A stretch of 64,000 bases of DNA, taken from a phage. The stretch is from sequence record PZ386977.1, one strand, 5' to 3'. Under the pieces are notes generated by a model, which was given only the letters and a program-made list of their open reading frames with translations, ran no database searches and had not been told where the DNA came from. The position numbers and the translations under genes are program-made. Shown here piece after piece: positions 12,702 to 23,391 of the stretch (the stretch's first letter is position 1; every line of letters begins with the position of its first letter).

Positions 12702-12953
12702 TTAGAACTTGATTTCTATCCAGTGCCCATCACGTTGGTCGTGATTAATTTTGTACTGAAAGCCATTATCACGTAACCACTGCCCGACTTGCTCGGTGAT
12801 AGTTAAATCATTCTTTGATGGATAGTACGTGAATTGTGTCTGGCCTTTATCAGCGGCTTTCTCTGCCATCACAGAGAAGTTAGTAATAAAATCACTCAAC
12901 AAATTAGCTTTAGTGGCCAGCGCCCTTTCTCTTAATTCCTGTGCAAAACTCAT
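12702..12953 (-). CDS. hypothetical protein (83 aa), positional counterpart of T4 24.2
   Basis: ORF overlapping the next by ATGA. Confidence 0.55.
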   Translation of the reverse strand: MSFAQELRERALATKANLLSDFITNFSVMAEKAADKGQTQFTYYPSKNDLTITEQVGQWLRDNGFQYKINHDQRDGHWIEIKF

Positions 12954-13150
12954 TTCTTCACCTTTTTGTTAATAAAACGTTTACGGTATACAACTTTTTC
13001 TTTTGCTTTAAACTTTGACCGAGCTGTCTCGGCTTTAGTCCATAGTAATCCAACTTCTTTAGGTTGTAAACCGATTTTTTGAGCAATTTCTACGAATGAA
13101 AATCCTGCCTCATGTAATGTATAAACTTCAACTTCAGCTCTCATAATCAA
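12950..13150 (-). CDS. hypothetical small protein (66 aa) with helix-turn-helix-like segment and basic tail
   Basis: segment GFSFVEIAQKIGLQPKEVG resembles an HTH; positional counterpart of T4 24.3. Confidence 0.5.
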   Translation of the reverse strand: MIMRAEVEVYTLHEAGFSFVEIAQKIGLQPKEVGLLWTKAETARSKFKAKEKVVYRKRFINKKVKK

Positions 13151-13209
13151 TCCCGTATTATTTGGTTTGTGCCATTATATACATCGACCTCAAGTTGTGT
13201 TTTGTATGC

Positions 13210-13238
13210 TTTAAAACGAAGAAAGGGGCCGAAGCCCC
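13210..13238 (-). terminator. intrinsic terminator after hoc (GGGGC-UUCG-GCCCC hairpin plus U-rich tract)
   Basis: hairpin 13225..13238 followed on the minus strand by UUUCUUCGUUUU. Confidence 0.7.
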
Positions 13239-13244
13239 TTACGA

Positions 13245-14663
13245 TTATGGATATGTATAGATGATACCAGTTTCCAAAGCAGTTTTATGGATGATGTATC
13301 CATTACGTGATTCTTGAACATCAACTTCAGGATAGTCTTTCATCATCTTCTGAAGAGTGTAACGATGCAAGTAGTACTTACTATCCGGGTCGTCGGTTTT
13401 CCAATCTTTACCTTCTTCAGTCATTTTTTGGATTTCATCCATAACCCACCAACCGCACCAGATGTAAGCTGAAGTACGATGTGGAAGAGGATGAACATAA
13501 GGTAATTCACCTTCTGGTTCCGGAGCAACTTTATCAGTTACCTGAACTTGACCTTCTGCTGTAATAGTTTTGCTATCGTAATCAGTTGCAGTAATAGTTG
13601 CAGTAACTTCAATAGTTTGACTTCCAATAGACGAGGTATCAACGGTATATACATTAGTTGACCCTTCTACAGGAGAAGAATCTTTCTTCCATGAATAAGT
13701 AATTTGTGCTTCTGGTGGTGCATCAGTGACATTAGCAGTAAATGTGGCTGAAGCGTCTTGCTGAACATTAATAGAAGGAGGGGTCAACGTAACCTGTGGA
13801 TTCATTGTCTTCTTATTTACTGTCAAAGACACTGGTGACGATTCTACTGTTTTATCATCATAATTGGTTGCAGTCACCGTGACAGAACAAGTTATAGACT
13901 TAGTTCCTTCAGATGTTGGTATATATTTAAAGGTTGATTGCGTTTTACCACTAATAGTAGAACCATCAACTTTCCATGTATAAGCAATAACGGCACTAGC
14001 AGGTTGATTGCTTACATTAGCAGTGAATGTTGTTGCTGTTCCAATTTCTACTGCCGCCGGAGAAGCCGGAGTTACAGCCAATGTGGTGGTCTGAGCCTTT
14101 TTATTAACAGTCAATGATACTTCATTAGAAGTAACTTGTTTAGCATCATAATCCGTCGCAGTTACTTGGGCCACACATTTAATTTTTTTAACTCCGCTTG
14201 TGGTAGGAGTGTAATTGAATGTAGCAGAAGTTGCTTCGCTCACAGGAGAACCATCTACATACCACTGATAAGTAGCAGATGCGCCTGAAGGTTGAGAAGC
14301 TAAAGCCGCAGTAAATTTAACAGCTGTTCCGATTACTCCAGCAGCAGGGCTATCAGGAGTTATAGCCAGAGTAGTTGTCTGAGTTTTATTTTTAACCGTG
14401 ATAGTCGTAGTAATTTCTGCTGTTTCAGCTTCAGCTTCTGGAACTGTATTTGTTGCAACTACTTTAATAGTCTTTTGACCGGCAGGTCCCTTTAGTATAT
14501 AACTAAAAGTTGCTTCAGCTCCATCTTGTGGAACATCATCCACAGTCCAAGCATATGTAATAGTTCCACCTTCAGCCTGACCATCTGGTGTGGCAGTAAA
14601 CTGCTGAGTCTGTCCTATAACTCCAGTAGGTGTTTTAGGAGTTATATTAACTGTAAAAGCCAT
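13245..14663 (-). CDS. hoc: Hoc outer capsid decoration protein, with four tandem Ig-like domains plus a capsid-binding C-terminal domain
   Basis: 472-aa ORF; four repeated units of about 95 aa with conserved T-A-T-[DN]-Y-D motifs; C-terminal WCGWW region; located between 24.x ORFs and inh as in T4. Confidence 0.88.
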   Translation of the reverse strand: MAFTVNITPKTPTGVIGQTQQFTATPDGQAEGGTITYAWTVDDVPQDGAEATFSYILKGPAGQKTIKVVATNTVPEAEAETAEITTTITVKNKTQTTTLAITPDSPAAGVIGTAVKFTAALASQPSGASATYQWYVDGSPVSEATSATFNYTPTTSGVKKIKCVAQVTATDYDAKQVTSNEVSLTVNKKAQTTTLAVTPASPAAVEIGTATTFTANVSNQPASAVIAYTWKVDGSTISGKTQSTFKYIPTSEGTKSITCSVTVTATNYDDKTVESSPVSLTVNKKTMNPQVTLTPPSINVQQDASATFTANVTDAPPEAQITYSWKKDSSPVEGSTNVYTVDTSSIGSQTIEVTATITATDYDSKTITAEGQVQVTDKVAPEPEGELPYVHPLPHRTSAYIWCGWWVMDEIQKMTEEGKDWKTDDPDSKYYLHRYTLQKMMKDYPEVDVQESRNGYIIHKTALETGIIYTYP

Positions 14664-14672
14664 AAGTTATCC

Positions 14673-15341
14673 TTATTTTAATGTTATGAAAGAAGAATTA
14701 CGAGTTTCACGAATTAGAACTGATCCATCGCGATTAATATAATAAATTAAGCTAAATAATGTTTGGTGAGCAGAAGCATGTACAAAACTAGTTGGGCGAG
14801 ATTTCCAATCTGGGGTTTCGGCTATCCATTGATAAATCCACCAAGGAACAGTAACATATCCTGGGGCTTTGCCTAATTTAATTAGTGTAGGACTAAAATT
14901 TTCAGGCAGAACAAATTTTACTTCTTTATTTACCTCTGTCTCAGACTCTTTTTCAGATTCAACAACCTGAGTAATTGCTTCTTCGAATTTATCATGGTCG
15001 AATTCTTTTTCTTGTTCGACAACTTCTAATACTTCAACTTGTTCTGTTGGAGAATCAAACAACAGAATAGCTTCTTCTTTAACTTCTTCGTTAGTGAAAT
15101 TAACACCGTCCACATCATCTGCGGCAGTAATTAAATCAGTGATAGATAATCCATCAGTTTCAGGTAATGGTTCATCAGCCAGTGCGTTAAGAGCTTCTTC
15201 GATATCAATAACAATATTATCGAATGATTTTGTTTTCTTAACACTAATGCCAAATTGTTCCGCATATTCAAACAGTTTAGCTTTGGCTTCCTTTTTATCA
15301 GAAAGAGCACGTAACTCTTCAATATAGTCTTTATCGATCAT
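14673..15341 (-). CDS. inh: Inh, inhibitor of prohead protease
   Basis: 222-aa acidic ORF immediately upstream of hoc on the same strand, as in T4. Confidence 0.65.
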   Translation of the reverse strand: MIDKDYIEELRALSDKKEAKAKLFEYAEQFGISVKKTKSFDNIVIDIEEALNALADEPLPETDGLSITDLITAADDVDGVNFTNEEVKEEAILLFDSPTEQVEVLEVVEQEKEFDHDKFEEAITQVVESEKESETEVNKEVKFVLPENFSPTLIKLGKAPGYVTVPWWIYQWIAETPDWKSRPTSFVHASAHQTLFSLIYYINRDGSVLIRETRNSSFITLK

Positions 15342-15354
15342 GATATTTCCTCAT

Positions 15355-15362
15355 TATAAATA
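15355..15362 (+). promoter_or_regulatory. late promoter TATAAATA upstream of uvsW
   Basis: TATAAATA 30 nt upstream of the uvsW ATG. Confidence 0.6.
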
Positions 15363-15391
15363 TAACTATATTTATTACATGGTAATTTGAC

Positions 15392-16906
15392 ATGACTGAC
15401 ATTAAAGTACATTTTTATGATTTTAGTCACGTGCGCATTGAATGCGACGAAAGTACGTTTTACGAACTTCGTGACTTTTTTAGCTTTGAAGCTGACGGGT
15501 ATAAATTTAACCCAAAATATCGCTATGGGCAATGGGATGGTAGAATTCGACTTTTAGATTACAATCGTTTGTTACCATATGGACTTGTAGGACAAATAAA
15601 AAAGTTCTGTAACAATATGAGTTATTCTGTATGGATTGACCCTAAAATCTTTGAGACTGAAGACCTTACCAGGGAAGATTTTGACGCATGGCTTTCTAAA
15701 CAAGAAATTTATTCAGGCAACACAAAAATCGAACCACATTGGTATCAAAAAGATGCAGTATATGAAGGTCTAGTTAATCGTCGTCGAATTTTAAACCTTC
15801 CGACATCAGCAGGTAAATCACTAATCCAAGCACTTTTAGCTCGATATTATCTAGAGAACTATGAAGGTAAAATTCTCATTATCGTCCCTACAACAGCATT
15901 GACAACCCAGATGGCTAATGATTTTGTTGATTATCGCTTGTTTAGTCATTCGATGATTAAGAAAATTGGCGGCGGTGCTGATAAAGCAGACAGAGCTAAA
16001 AACGACGCTCCAATTATTGTTGGCACATGGCAAACAGTAGTTAAGCAGCCTAAAGAATGGTTCTCTCAATTTGGTATGATGATGAACGATGAATGCCACT
16101 TAGCAACAGGCAAAAGTATTTCTTCAATCATCTCAGGATTAAATAATTGCATGTTTAAATTCGGTTTATCCGGCTCATTAAGAGACGGAAAAGCCAATGT
16201 AATGCAGTACGTAGGTATGTTCGGCGAAATCTTCCGTCCTGTTAGCACGTCTAAATTAATGGAAGACGGTCAAGTAACTGAGCTTAAGATTAATAGTATT
16301 TTCCTTCGTTATCCGGACGAATTCACCGTTAAATTAAAAGGTAAAACATACCAAGAAGAAGTTAAAATTATTACCGGACTAAAACGACGTACAAAGTGGA
16401 TTGCTCAACTTTCGGTCAAATTAGCTAAGAAAGACGAGAACGCCTTTGTAATGTTTAAACACGTTACACACGGTAAAGAAATATTTGAAGCTATTAAAGA
16501 GCTTGGATACGAAAAAGTTTATTACGTATCAGGTGAAGTTGATACTGAAACACGTAACGCACTTAAAGTCATGGCAGAAAATGGTAAAGGCATTATTATT
16601 GTCGCATCATATGGAGTATTCTCTACCGGTATTTCAGTCAAGAATCTTCATCATGTTATTTTTGCCCATGGTGTTAAATCAAAAATTATCGTACTTCAAA
16701 CAGTAGGTCGTGTGCTTCGTAAGCATGGTTCTAAAGCTGTTGCTACAGTTTGGGATCTCATCGATGACGCAGGTGTAAAACCTAAATCATTAAATACTAA
16801 AAAGAAGTATACTCATCTTAATTACTTGTTAAAACACGGTATTGATCGTATCCAACGTTACGCTGATGAGAAATTTAACTATGTAATGAAAACAATTAAT
16901 TTATAA
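15392..16906 (+). CDS. uvsW: UvsW DNA/RNA helicase (SF2)
   Basis: 504-aa ORF; Walker A PTSAGKSL, DExH box MMNDECHLA, helicase C-terminal motifs. Confidence 0.92.
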   Translation: MTDIKVHFYDFSHVRIECDESTFYELRDFFSFEADGYKFNPKYRYGQWDGRIRLLDYNRLLPYGLVGQIKKFCNNMSYSVWIDPKIFETEDLTREDFDAWLSKQEIYSGNTKIEPHWYQKDAVYEGLVNRRRILNLPTSAGKSLIQALLARYYLENYEGKILIIVPTTALTTQMANDFVDYRLFSHSMIKKIGGGADKADRAKNDAPIIVGTWQTVVKQPKEWFSQFGMMMNDECHLATGKSISSIISGLNNCMFKFGLSGSLRDGKANVMQYVGMFGEIFRPVSTSKLMEDGQVTELKINSIFLRYPDEFTVKLKGKTYQEEVKIITGLKRRTKWIAQLSVKLAKKDENAFVMFKHVTHGKEIFEAIKELGYEKVYYVSGEVDTETRNALKVMAENGKGIIIVASYGVFSTGISVKNLHHVIFAHGVKSKIIVLQTVGRVLRKHGSKAVATVWDLIDDAGVKPKSLNTKKKYTHLNYLLKHGIDRIQRYADEKFNYVMKTINL

Positions 16907-16931
16907 GGGCTTCGGCCCTTAGGAGATAAAA

Positions 16932-17165
16932 ATGGTACTTGAATTTAAACAATTTTTATACGAAGCATCTATTGACGAATTCATGGGTAAAATTGCTAGT
17001 TGTCATACCCTAGAAGGGCTTGAAGAATTGGAAGCTTATTATAAGAAACGTATAAAAGAAACGGAATTAAAAGATACAGATGATATTTCTGTCAGGGATG
17101 CCTTAGCAGGTAAGCGTGCCGAACTTGAAGGCGACGATGATGAGGATGAGGAAGAAGACTTCTAA
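16932..17165 (+). CDS. uvsW.1: UvsW.1 small acidic protein
   Basis: 77-aa ORF with poly-acidic C-terminus, RBS AGGAG, directly after uvsW. Confidence 0.8.
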   Translation: MVLEFKQFLYEASIDEFMGKIASCHTLEGLEELEAYYKKRIKETELKDTDDISVRDALAGKRAELEGDDDEDEEEDF

Positions 17166-17221
17166 TTAAAAAAGGCCCGACCTTTTTGGAAGGGCCAAAA
17201 CCATAGGCAAAAAAGGTAACA

Positions 17222-17389
17222 CTATAGTAAAAGTTGGGTTTCGTTCAATTGCTCTTCTGAACTTTCTGAAACCGGCAATTGTTGTACATAATTATAACAA
17301 GGACCAGGATGTGCTGGACCTTTGTCTGTTTCAACAACCAATGCAGAATCGATTGGAGTTTTACAGACAACACAAATCTTATCTGACAT
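17222..17389 (-). CDS. small Cys-containing protein (55 aa), positional counterpart of uvsY.-2; below the ORF-track size cutoff
   Basis: translated by hand: MSDKICVVCKTPIDS...; strong RBS AGGAGG 6 nt upstream of ATG; clean ORF. Confidence 0.6.
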   Translation of the reverse strand: MSDKICVVCKTPIDSALVVETDKGPAHPGPCYNYVQQLPVSESSEEQLNETQLLL

Positions 17390-17421
17390 GATTGCCTCCT
17401 AAGTTGAAATTACATATCTAT

Positions 17422-17646
17422 TTATACCACTCGCATGCACATATCTATACCCATATCTTTTGTATAAAAATACTCGTCGATGTACCCGGCAAACTTCCCT
17501 TTAATATAAAGGACGTCTTCGCCACAAGGATGGTCTGCCAGGATACGAATATCCTGACGACGTAGACGATACTTTTCCATTAAGAATTTAATTTCGGTTT
17601 CAAATTCTTCATCATTATTAAAGGCATCTTCAATTGAATAACGCAT
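17422..17646 (-). CDS. hypothetical protein (74 aa), positional counterpart of uvsY.-1
   Basis: ORF translationally coupled to the uvsY stop. Confidence 0.6.
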   Translation of the reverse strand: MRYSIEDAFNNDEEFETEIKFLMEKYRLRRQDIRILADHPCGEDVLYIKGKFAGYIDEYFYTKDMGIDMCMRVV

Positions 17647-18059
17647 TATTGCCCCGCTTCAAATTCTCGCATATCCTGGATATGTTTAAGTGCAAAACTA
17701 CGAGACTTAACTGCGTCAAGTGCACCACTACAGAACTCAAGTAAAATTCCCCAGTATTGTAAAGTAGTCTCTATTTTAAGCACATCTTTATCTGCGGCCA
17801 GGACAGTTTTCATTTCAGATTTCTCATATCGGTCCATACTGAATTCATCACCGTCACCTCGTCCCGAGTAGTAGTCTAATCTTGCTTTTAGAGCAGTTTT
17901 CTTCTGAGTCTCTATACGCAACATTTCTTTACGAATAAATGAGTGCTTACGTAGCCATTTGCTGTATAACTTAACATTATTCGCCGTCTCATATTGCAAC
18001 TTTGTAGTATCAATAGCTAAGTCTGCGTCTAACTCTTCCTGTAAATCTTCCAGCTTCAT
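17646..18059 (-). CDS. uvsY: UvsY recombination mediator
   Basis: 137-aa product from internal Met MKLEDLQEEL with upstream AG-rich RBS; the 164-aa track ORF is an N-terminal over-extension. Confidence 0.88.
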   Translation of the reverse strand: MKLEDLQEELDADLAIDTTKLQYETANNVKLYSKWLRKHSFIRKEMLRIETQKKTALKARLDYYSGRGDGDEFSMDRYEKSEMKTVLAADKDVLKIETTLQYWGILLEFCSGALDAVKSRSFALKHIQDMREFEAGQ

Positions 18060-18139
18060 AATGTTCTCTCTTTTAACTAATAATCTCCCGGCTGTATCGG
18101 AAGGACCTAAAACCATTATACATAGGTTGCCTTGAAGCA

Positions 18140-18538
18140 TTACACTCTATTGCTTGACGCTAACTGAAGTTTAATTTGTTCAATATCGTCAGGGTTGTCT
18201 ACGACTGAAAATCTAATCTCTACTATAACTGTATAGTCATCATATACTGGCGTTACACTTACAGAAAGTTTGTCGATGCGTGGCTCATAGTTACGAACAG
18301 CTGCCTGGATATTACGCTCAATAGTATCGGCTGTAAGTGGTGTCATGTTCTCGAAAAGTTCATCAACCAAATCGCATCCAAATTCAGGGTCGAAGGGTCG
18401 TGAGCCTTTTCTAGTTGTCACTATACCAAGAAGACTATTTTTAATAGAACGAAGTCCTACAGAACGAGCAACGTCCTTGTTCCAATCCATACGCATTTCT
18501 GGGTCGATATCTGAATAAAGTTTATTGATATTAGACAT
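18140..18538 (-). CDS. 25: baseplate wedge protein (gp25)
   Basis: 132-aa ORF, T4 gp25 size and position. Confidence 0.92.
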   Translation of the reverse strand: MSNINKLYSDIDPEMRMDWNKDVARSVGLRSIKNSLLGIVTTRKGSRPFDPEFGCDLVDELFENMTPLTADTIERNIQAAVRNYEPRIDKLSVSVTPVYDDYTVIVEIRFSVVDNPDDIEQIKLQLASSNRV

Positions 18539-19164
18539 TATAGTAACTCAAAGAATTCTTTGAGGCCTCGTATTGTGTGAACGTGTGACGCCCCACATTT
18601 GGGACATTTAATAGGGGTTGCCAGATAAATTGACGGTGATACCAAAAGATTTTTAATATTGATCATGTCATCTTCTGTTATAAGGCCGTAAAGGTCGTTT
18701 ATTTCTGCTTCAGTTAAATCTTCAACAGGGATGGACTCTCCATTGACAAAAACAGCCTCAATACATGAAGCAATCATCAATGCGATATTTTTATCATCAA
18801 ATAATTTAGGTTGACGGAACTTAATTTTAATACCACTGAACGAATACCAGGGATCGGCCTGTTCATCTAATTGAGTGTGCAATAAATTCATATAGACTTG
18901 AAATGAATGCCCACAGGAACAATTCCAGGTGTGTTCTTGATTCACTTCACCCAATGAATGTGCCCAAAGATTTACCAACAATAGCTCGGCTTCTTGTTTA
19001 GTCAAGTTTTTAGCATTAGAGCAATTAGTGATAATATTGTTCACTGCTGATTCAATAGTACCGGTAGCCCGTGCACCTATGAGTCCTAAATATTCTTTTA
19101 AAGTAAAGGCTCTACAATTCACTTCTTTATCGCCTAAACGTACTGTAAACGTATATTTGTACAT
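18538..19164 (-). CDS. 26: baseplate hub protein (gp26)
   Basis: 208-aa ORF divergent from gene 51, as in T4. Confidence 0.88.
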   Translation of the reverse strand: MYKYTFTVRLGDKEVNCRAFTLKEYLGLIGARATGTIESAVNNIITNCSNAKNLTKQEAELLLVNLWAHSLGEVNQEHTWNCSCGHSFQVYMNLLHTQLDEQADPWYSFSGIKIKFRQPKLFDDKNIALMIASCIEAVFVNGESIPVEDLTEAEINDLYGLITEDDMINIKNLLVSPSIYLATPIKCPKCGASHVHTIRGLKEFFELL

Positions 19165-19186
19165 GTTAACTCCTTTATTGTGTATT

Positions 19187-19194
19187 TATAAATA
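19187..19194 (+). promoter_or_regulatory. late promoter region between divergent genes 26 and 51
   Basis: TATTTATAAATA contains TATAAATA readable on both strands. Confidence 0.6.
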
Positions 19195-19211
19195 ATAGAA
19201 AAGGAGTAATT

Positions 19212-19964
19212 ATGGCTAATATAATTCGTTGTAAATTACCGGATGGTGTTCATCGTTTTAAGCCGTTCACTGTGGCGGATTATAGAGACTTTTTACTAGT
19301 TAGAAATGATATCGAACATCGTTCGCCGCAAGAACAAAAAGAAATAATTGCCGATCTGATTGATGATTATTTTGGCGAGTACCCTAAAACATGGCAACCA
19401 TTTATATTCCTGCAAGTTTTTGCAGGCTCTATAGGCAAAACAAAAGTTCCCGTTATTTTCACTTGCCCTAAATGCTCTAAAGAAAAAACTGCACCATTTG
19501 AGATATATCAAAAAGAACTAGTCGAACCTGAACTTGATGTTGCTGGTATAAAAATACGTTTTTCTTTCCCTGAAAAGTTTTATGACAATAAAGCATTAAT
19601 GATAAGTGAAAACATAAAAGAAATATATTATAACGATGAATGGTACCCATGGAATGATTTGACTGAAGAGAACCAAATCCAAGTAATAGAAGCAATAGAT
19701 ATTGACTCTCTTGAGAAGGTTATTGCTTCTATGAATCCTATTAATTTGACCCTTAGATTAGGTTGTTGTGAACGTCATGTTAAAACATATACTGATATCT
19801 TAGAGGTTTTTAAATTGTTAGTTAACCCTGATGAGATTTTTACATTCTATCAGATAAACCATTCACTTGTAAAGAGTCAATACACATTGGATTCTATTAT
19901 GCAAATGATTCCTGTTGAACGTGGTATTGCTTTAACATTAGTAGAAAAGGACCATAAAAAATGA
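19212..19964 (+). CDS. 51: baseplate hub assembly catalyst (gp51)
   Basis: 250-aa ORF; position and size as T4 gp51. Confidence 0.88.
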   Translation: MANIIRCKLPDGVHRFKPFTVADYRDFLLVRNDIEHRSPQEQKEIIADLIDDYFGEYPKTWQPFIFLQVFAGSIGKTKVPVIFTCPKCSKEKTAPFEIYQKELVEPELDVAGIKIRFSFPEKFYDNKALMISENIKEIYYNDEWYPWNDLTEENQIQVIEAIDIDSLEKVIASMNPINLTLRLGCCERHVKTYTDILEVFKLLVNPDEIFTFYQINHSLVKSQYTLDSIMQMIPVERGIALTLVEKDHKK

Positions 19965-21133
19965 CAGTATTCCAACGTCCAGGATATCCTAACTTAAGCG
20001 TTAAATTATATCAAGATTATTCGGCTTGGCAAGAAAATAGATACGTTGAACTCGCAGCAACAATAACAACTTTAACCATGCGAGATTCGCTATATGGAAG
20101 AAATGAAGGGATTCTTCAATTTTATGACACTAAAAACATCCACACTAAAATGGACGGTAGACAGATAGTTCAAATCTCTGTTTCAAATTCAAACACACCT
20201 CTCCAAGTTAGAACTAGAATTTACGGATGTAGACATTATTCTGTGTCTGTGGACTCAAAAGGTGACAATATTATTGCAATTGAGCTTGGAACAATACATT
20301 CTATAGAGAACCTTAAATTTGGGCGTCCATTCTTCTCGGACGCAGGCGAATCTATACGTGAAATGTTAGGTGTCATATATAAAGACCGTACGTTAATTAC
20401 TCCGCCAATAAACACTATTAATGCTTATGTTCCTGATATTCCTTGGACAAGCACATTTGATGATTATTTGGCATATGTCAGAGAATTAGGACTTGCTACA
20501 GCGAGTGATAAGTTCGTATTCGTATGGCAAGATATTTTAGGCGTAAACATGATTGACTATGATACTCTTATTGGTCAAGAAGGCATTAAGATGATTGTAG
20601 GTGAGCCAAATACTGTAGGTCAGTATATTCAAGAGCTTGAGTATCCATTAGTATGGGATTTTACCTGGATGACTAAAGCCAACCAATTTACAAGAGACCC
20701 TATTAAAAACGCCACAATATTCGCCCATTCATTTTTAGATACATCTATTCCGGTTATTGTTACAGGTGATGGTGATAATGCTATTCTTGTGTCAAGATCT
20801 GGCGGATATTCCGAAATGACCTATCGTAATGGATTTGAAGAAGCAAGTCGTCTTCAGACAATGGCTCAATATGACGGATATGCTAAATGCACTACTACAG
20901 GTAATTTTAACATAACGCCTGCTACTAAAATTATATTTGTTGACCAAAAGAACCAATTCAAATCCGAATTTTACGTAGATGAAGTTATTCATGAGTTATC
21001 AAATAACAACTCACAAACTCATCTTTACATGTTTACCAACTCAATGGTGTTAGAACCTGTTAACCCAGTTAAGGTTAAAAATGAACTTAAATCTGATTCT
21101 ACCTCTAAAGAAAATAATTCTACCACAGTCTAA
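19961..21133 (+). CDS. 27: baseplate hub subunit (gp27)
   Basis: 390-aa ORF, T4 gp27 size. Confidence 0.9.
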   Translation: MTVFQRPGYPNLSVKLYQDYSAWQENRYVELAATITTLTMRDSLYGRNEGILQFYDTKNIHTKMDGRQIVQISVSNSNTPLQVRTRIYGCRHYSVSVDSKGDNIIAIELGTIHSIENLKFGRPFFSDAGESIREMLGVIYKDRTLITPPINTINAYVPDIPWTSTFDDYLAYVRELGLATASDKFVFVWQDILGVNMIDYDTLIGQEGIKMIVGEPNTVGQYIQELEYPLVWDFTWMTKANQFTRDPIKNATIFAHSFLDTSIPVIVTGDGDNAILVSRSGGYSEMTYRNGFEEASRLQTMAQYDGYAKCTTTGNFNITPATKIIFVDQKNQFKSEFYVDEVIHELSNNNSQTHLYMFTNSMVLEPVNPVKVKNELKSDSTSKENNSTTV

Positions 21134-21614
21134 TAAAAAGGTAATGATTCCTAAATTAGGGCTCAAACATTATAATCTTTTAAAGGACGTTAAAGGTCCT
21201 GATGAAAACATGAAAATCTTAGCTGATTCTATTTGTAAAAATATGAGTCCTGCAGATTTTGATTTTGCATGTCTACACATATTGGAATTTAATAACAAAC
21301 TTAAGTCTGAAGTTGAAAAAGATGGATTCACTTATAAACTAGATGACGTCTATGTATGTCAACGAACAGAATTCCAATTCCAAGGTAATACTTTTTATTT
21401 TAGACCCCCAGGCAAATTTGAACAATTCGCTACAATCAGTGAAATGTTATCAAATTGCTTAATAAAAGTTAATGACGAAGAGAAAGAAATTTCTTTCCTT
21501 GAGATGCCTGCTTTTGTAATCAAATGGGCAGAAGACCTTTCGACAACTATTGCTATTCCAGGCCCTAATGGCCCTATTAAGGGTATAGCAGAAATTATTG
21601 GATTGCTTGAATGA
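21081..21614 (+). CDS. 28: baseplate hub distal subunit (gp28)
   Basis: 177-aa ORF overlapping the gp27 3' end. Confidence 0.85.
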   Translation: MNLNLILPLKKIILPQSNKKVMIPKLGLKHYNLLKDVKGPDENMKILADSICKNMSPADFDFACLHILEFNNKLKSEVEKDGFTYKLDDVYVCQRTEFQFQGNTFYFRPPGKFEQFATISEMLSNCLIKVNDEEKEISFLEMPAFVIKWAEDLSTTIAIPGPNGPIKGIAEIIGLLE

Positions 21615-23383
21615 AACCTGAAGAAATGAAATCCATGCGTAGAAATAAGGTCATTGCCGATAATAAACCACAAAAAGTAGCTGCTGTTGCAGCTACCGAT
21701 TCATTAGAAGCATTGAATGATATTTCATCAAAACTAGACGATGTCCAAGCCGCGTCTGAACTCACATCACAAAGTGTAGAAGATAAAGGCAATGGAATTA
21801 TTGAATCAATTGGAGACTTAAAGAATTCGACAGATAATACTGCTGAAGGCACTGAGCTTATTGCAGAAGTTATCGAAAAACAAACTGAAGTCACTAAAAG
21901 TATAAACGAAGTTTCCGACGCAATAAGCTCTAAGTTAGACCGATTGGCTACCCTATTAGAGCAAAAATTACAAACATCTACTGCTATTCAAAACACAGGA
22001 AGCAACTCTCTTGCAGTAATTGAGAACGCAATACCTGTTAAAGTAGTTGATAATGAAACTTATGATGAGTTGTTTAAAGCGTTACCAACACCTGAAAAGG
22101 TTGATAATAAACCTGATGAAGATTTCTTCCCTGCTCCTGTTCAAGAAAGTGCTAATCCGACTTCTGATTCTAAAGGTGGTATTGACTTTAAATTGAGTGA
22201 TAAAATTGCAATGCTCACTAAAACGGTTCAAACCGGGTTTAATAAATCAATATCTATTTCAGACAGAATTGCTGGAATGCTTTTCAAATACACTATAACG
22301 GCTGCTATTGAAGCAGCAAAAATGGCCGCACTTATTCTTGGTATTGTTATCGGTATTGATTTATTGATAGTCCATTTCAAATATTGGACAGACAAGTTCA
22401 CTTCTGCCTGGGATTTATTTGATGAAAACTTTACTAAATTCTCCGATGAAGCTAAAGAGTGGGGTAAATTCTTAAGTGATATATTCACTTCTATTGACTC
22501 GATAAAACAACTGTGGGAAGCTGGAGACTGGGGTGGTTTAACTGTCGCTATTGTTGAAGGTGTAGGAACTGCACTACTTAACTTAGGCGAGTTAATTCAA
22601 TTAGGAATGGCTAAACTCTCTGCGTCTATATTGCGTGCTATAGGTTTTGGCGATACCGCGGACGAAATAGAAGGACGTGCTTTAGAAGGATTCCAAGAAA
22701 CTACTGGGAACAAATTAAAGAAAGAAGACCAAGAGAAAGTCGCTAAATATCAAATGAAACGTGACGATGGGGAATTAGGAACCGTTTCTAAAGGTCTTGA
22801 TATGTTACAACGCGGCAAAACATTCGTTACTAACTGGGTTCGTGGTAATGACAATAAAGAAGAGTTTAGTACAAGCGATGAGCGTGCTGCGGAATCAGCA
22901 AAATTAAAAGAGTTACCTGAAGAGGAGCGTAAAGAGGCATATATAAAAGCTAATGAAACTCGTGCGGCACTAGTTAGATTTGAGGATTATATCGATAAAA
23001 TCGATATGACTAATCCAGAAAATGCTAAAAACGTCGAGAAGTCTTATGCTGATTTAAGTAAACTTATTAAAGACCCTGAACTTAATAAAACTCCTGTTGT
23101 TAAAAAGGAAATAGATGCTAGATTTGAAAAGCTAAATAATAAAATGGCTGAAGCCAAAAAGGCTCAGACAACAGTTAAGCCTGAATCTTCGACTAAATCT
23201 CCGGAAGCAAAACAAGTTCAGTCAATAGAGAAAGGACGTGCTTCTGAATCTAAACAACAGCAACCGGTAGCGGCTATTAGTAACACAAATAATGTCGTCA
23301 AAAAGAATACCGTAGTCCAGAATATGACCCCTGTAACAAGTACAACGGCTCCTGGAATTTTCCATGCCACCGGTGTTAATTAA
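21611..23383 (+). CDS. 29: baseplate hub / tail length determinator (gp29)
   Basis: 590-aa ORF, T4 gp29 size; internal hydrophobic segment. Confidence 0.9.
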   Translation: MKPEEMKSMRRNKVIADNKPQKVAAVAATDSLEALNDISSKLDDVQAASELTSQSVEDKGNGIIESIGDLKNSTDNTAEGTELIAEVIEKQTEVTKSINEVSDAISSKLDRLATLLEQKLQTSTAIQNTGSNSLAVIENAIPVKVVDNETYDELFKALPTPEKVDNKPDEDFFPAPVQESANPTSDSKGGIDFKLSDKIAMLTKTVQTGFNKSISISDRIAGMLFKYTITAAIEAAKMAALILGIVIGIDLLIVHFKYWTDKFTSAWDLFDENFTKFSDEAKEWGKFLSDIFTSIDSIKQLWEAGDWGGLTVAIVEGVGTALLNLGELIQLGMAKLSASILRAIGFGDTADEIEGRALEGFQETTGNKLKKEDQEKVAKYQMKRDDGELGTVSKGLDMLQRGKTFVTNWVRGNDNKEEFSTSDERAAESAKLKELPEEERKEAYIKANETRAALVRFEDYIDKIDMTNPENAKNVEKSYADLSKLIKDPELNKTPVVKKEIDARFEKLNNKMAEAKKAQTTVKPESSTKSPEAKQVQSIEKGRASESKQQQPVAAISNTNNVVKKNTVVQNMTPVTSTTAPGIFHATGVN

Positions 23384-23391
23384 GGATTATT

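Noticed and set aside
17646-18140. 164-aa version of UvsY from the ORF track
   Set aside because: The N-terminal 27 codons overlap gene 25 and precede the RBS; true start is the internal Met giving the 137-aa T4-size protein.
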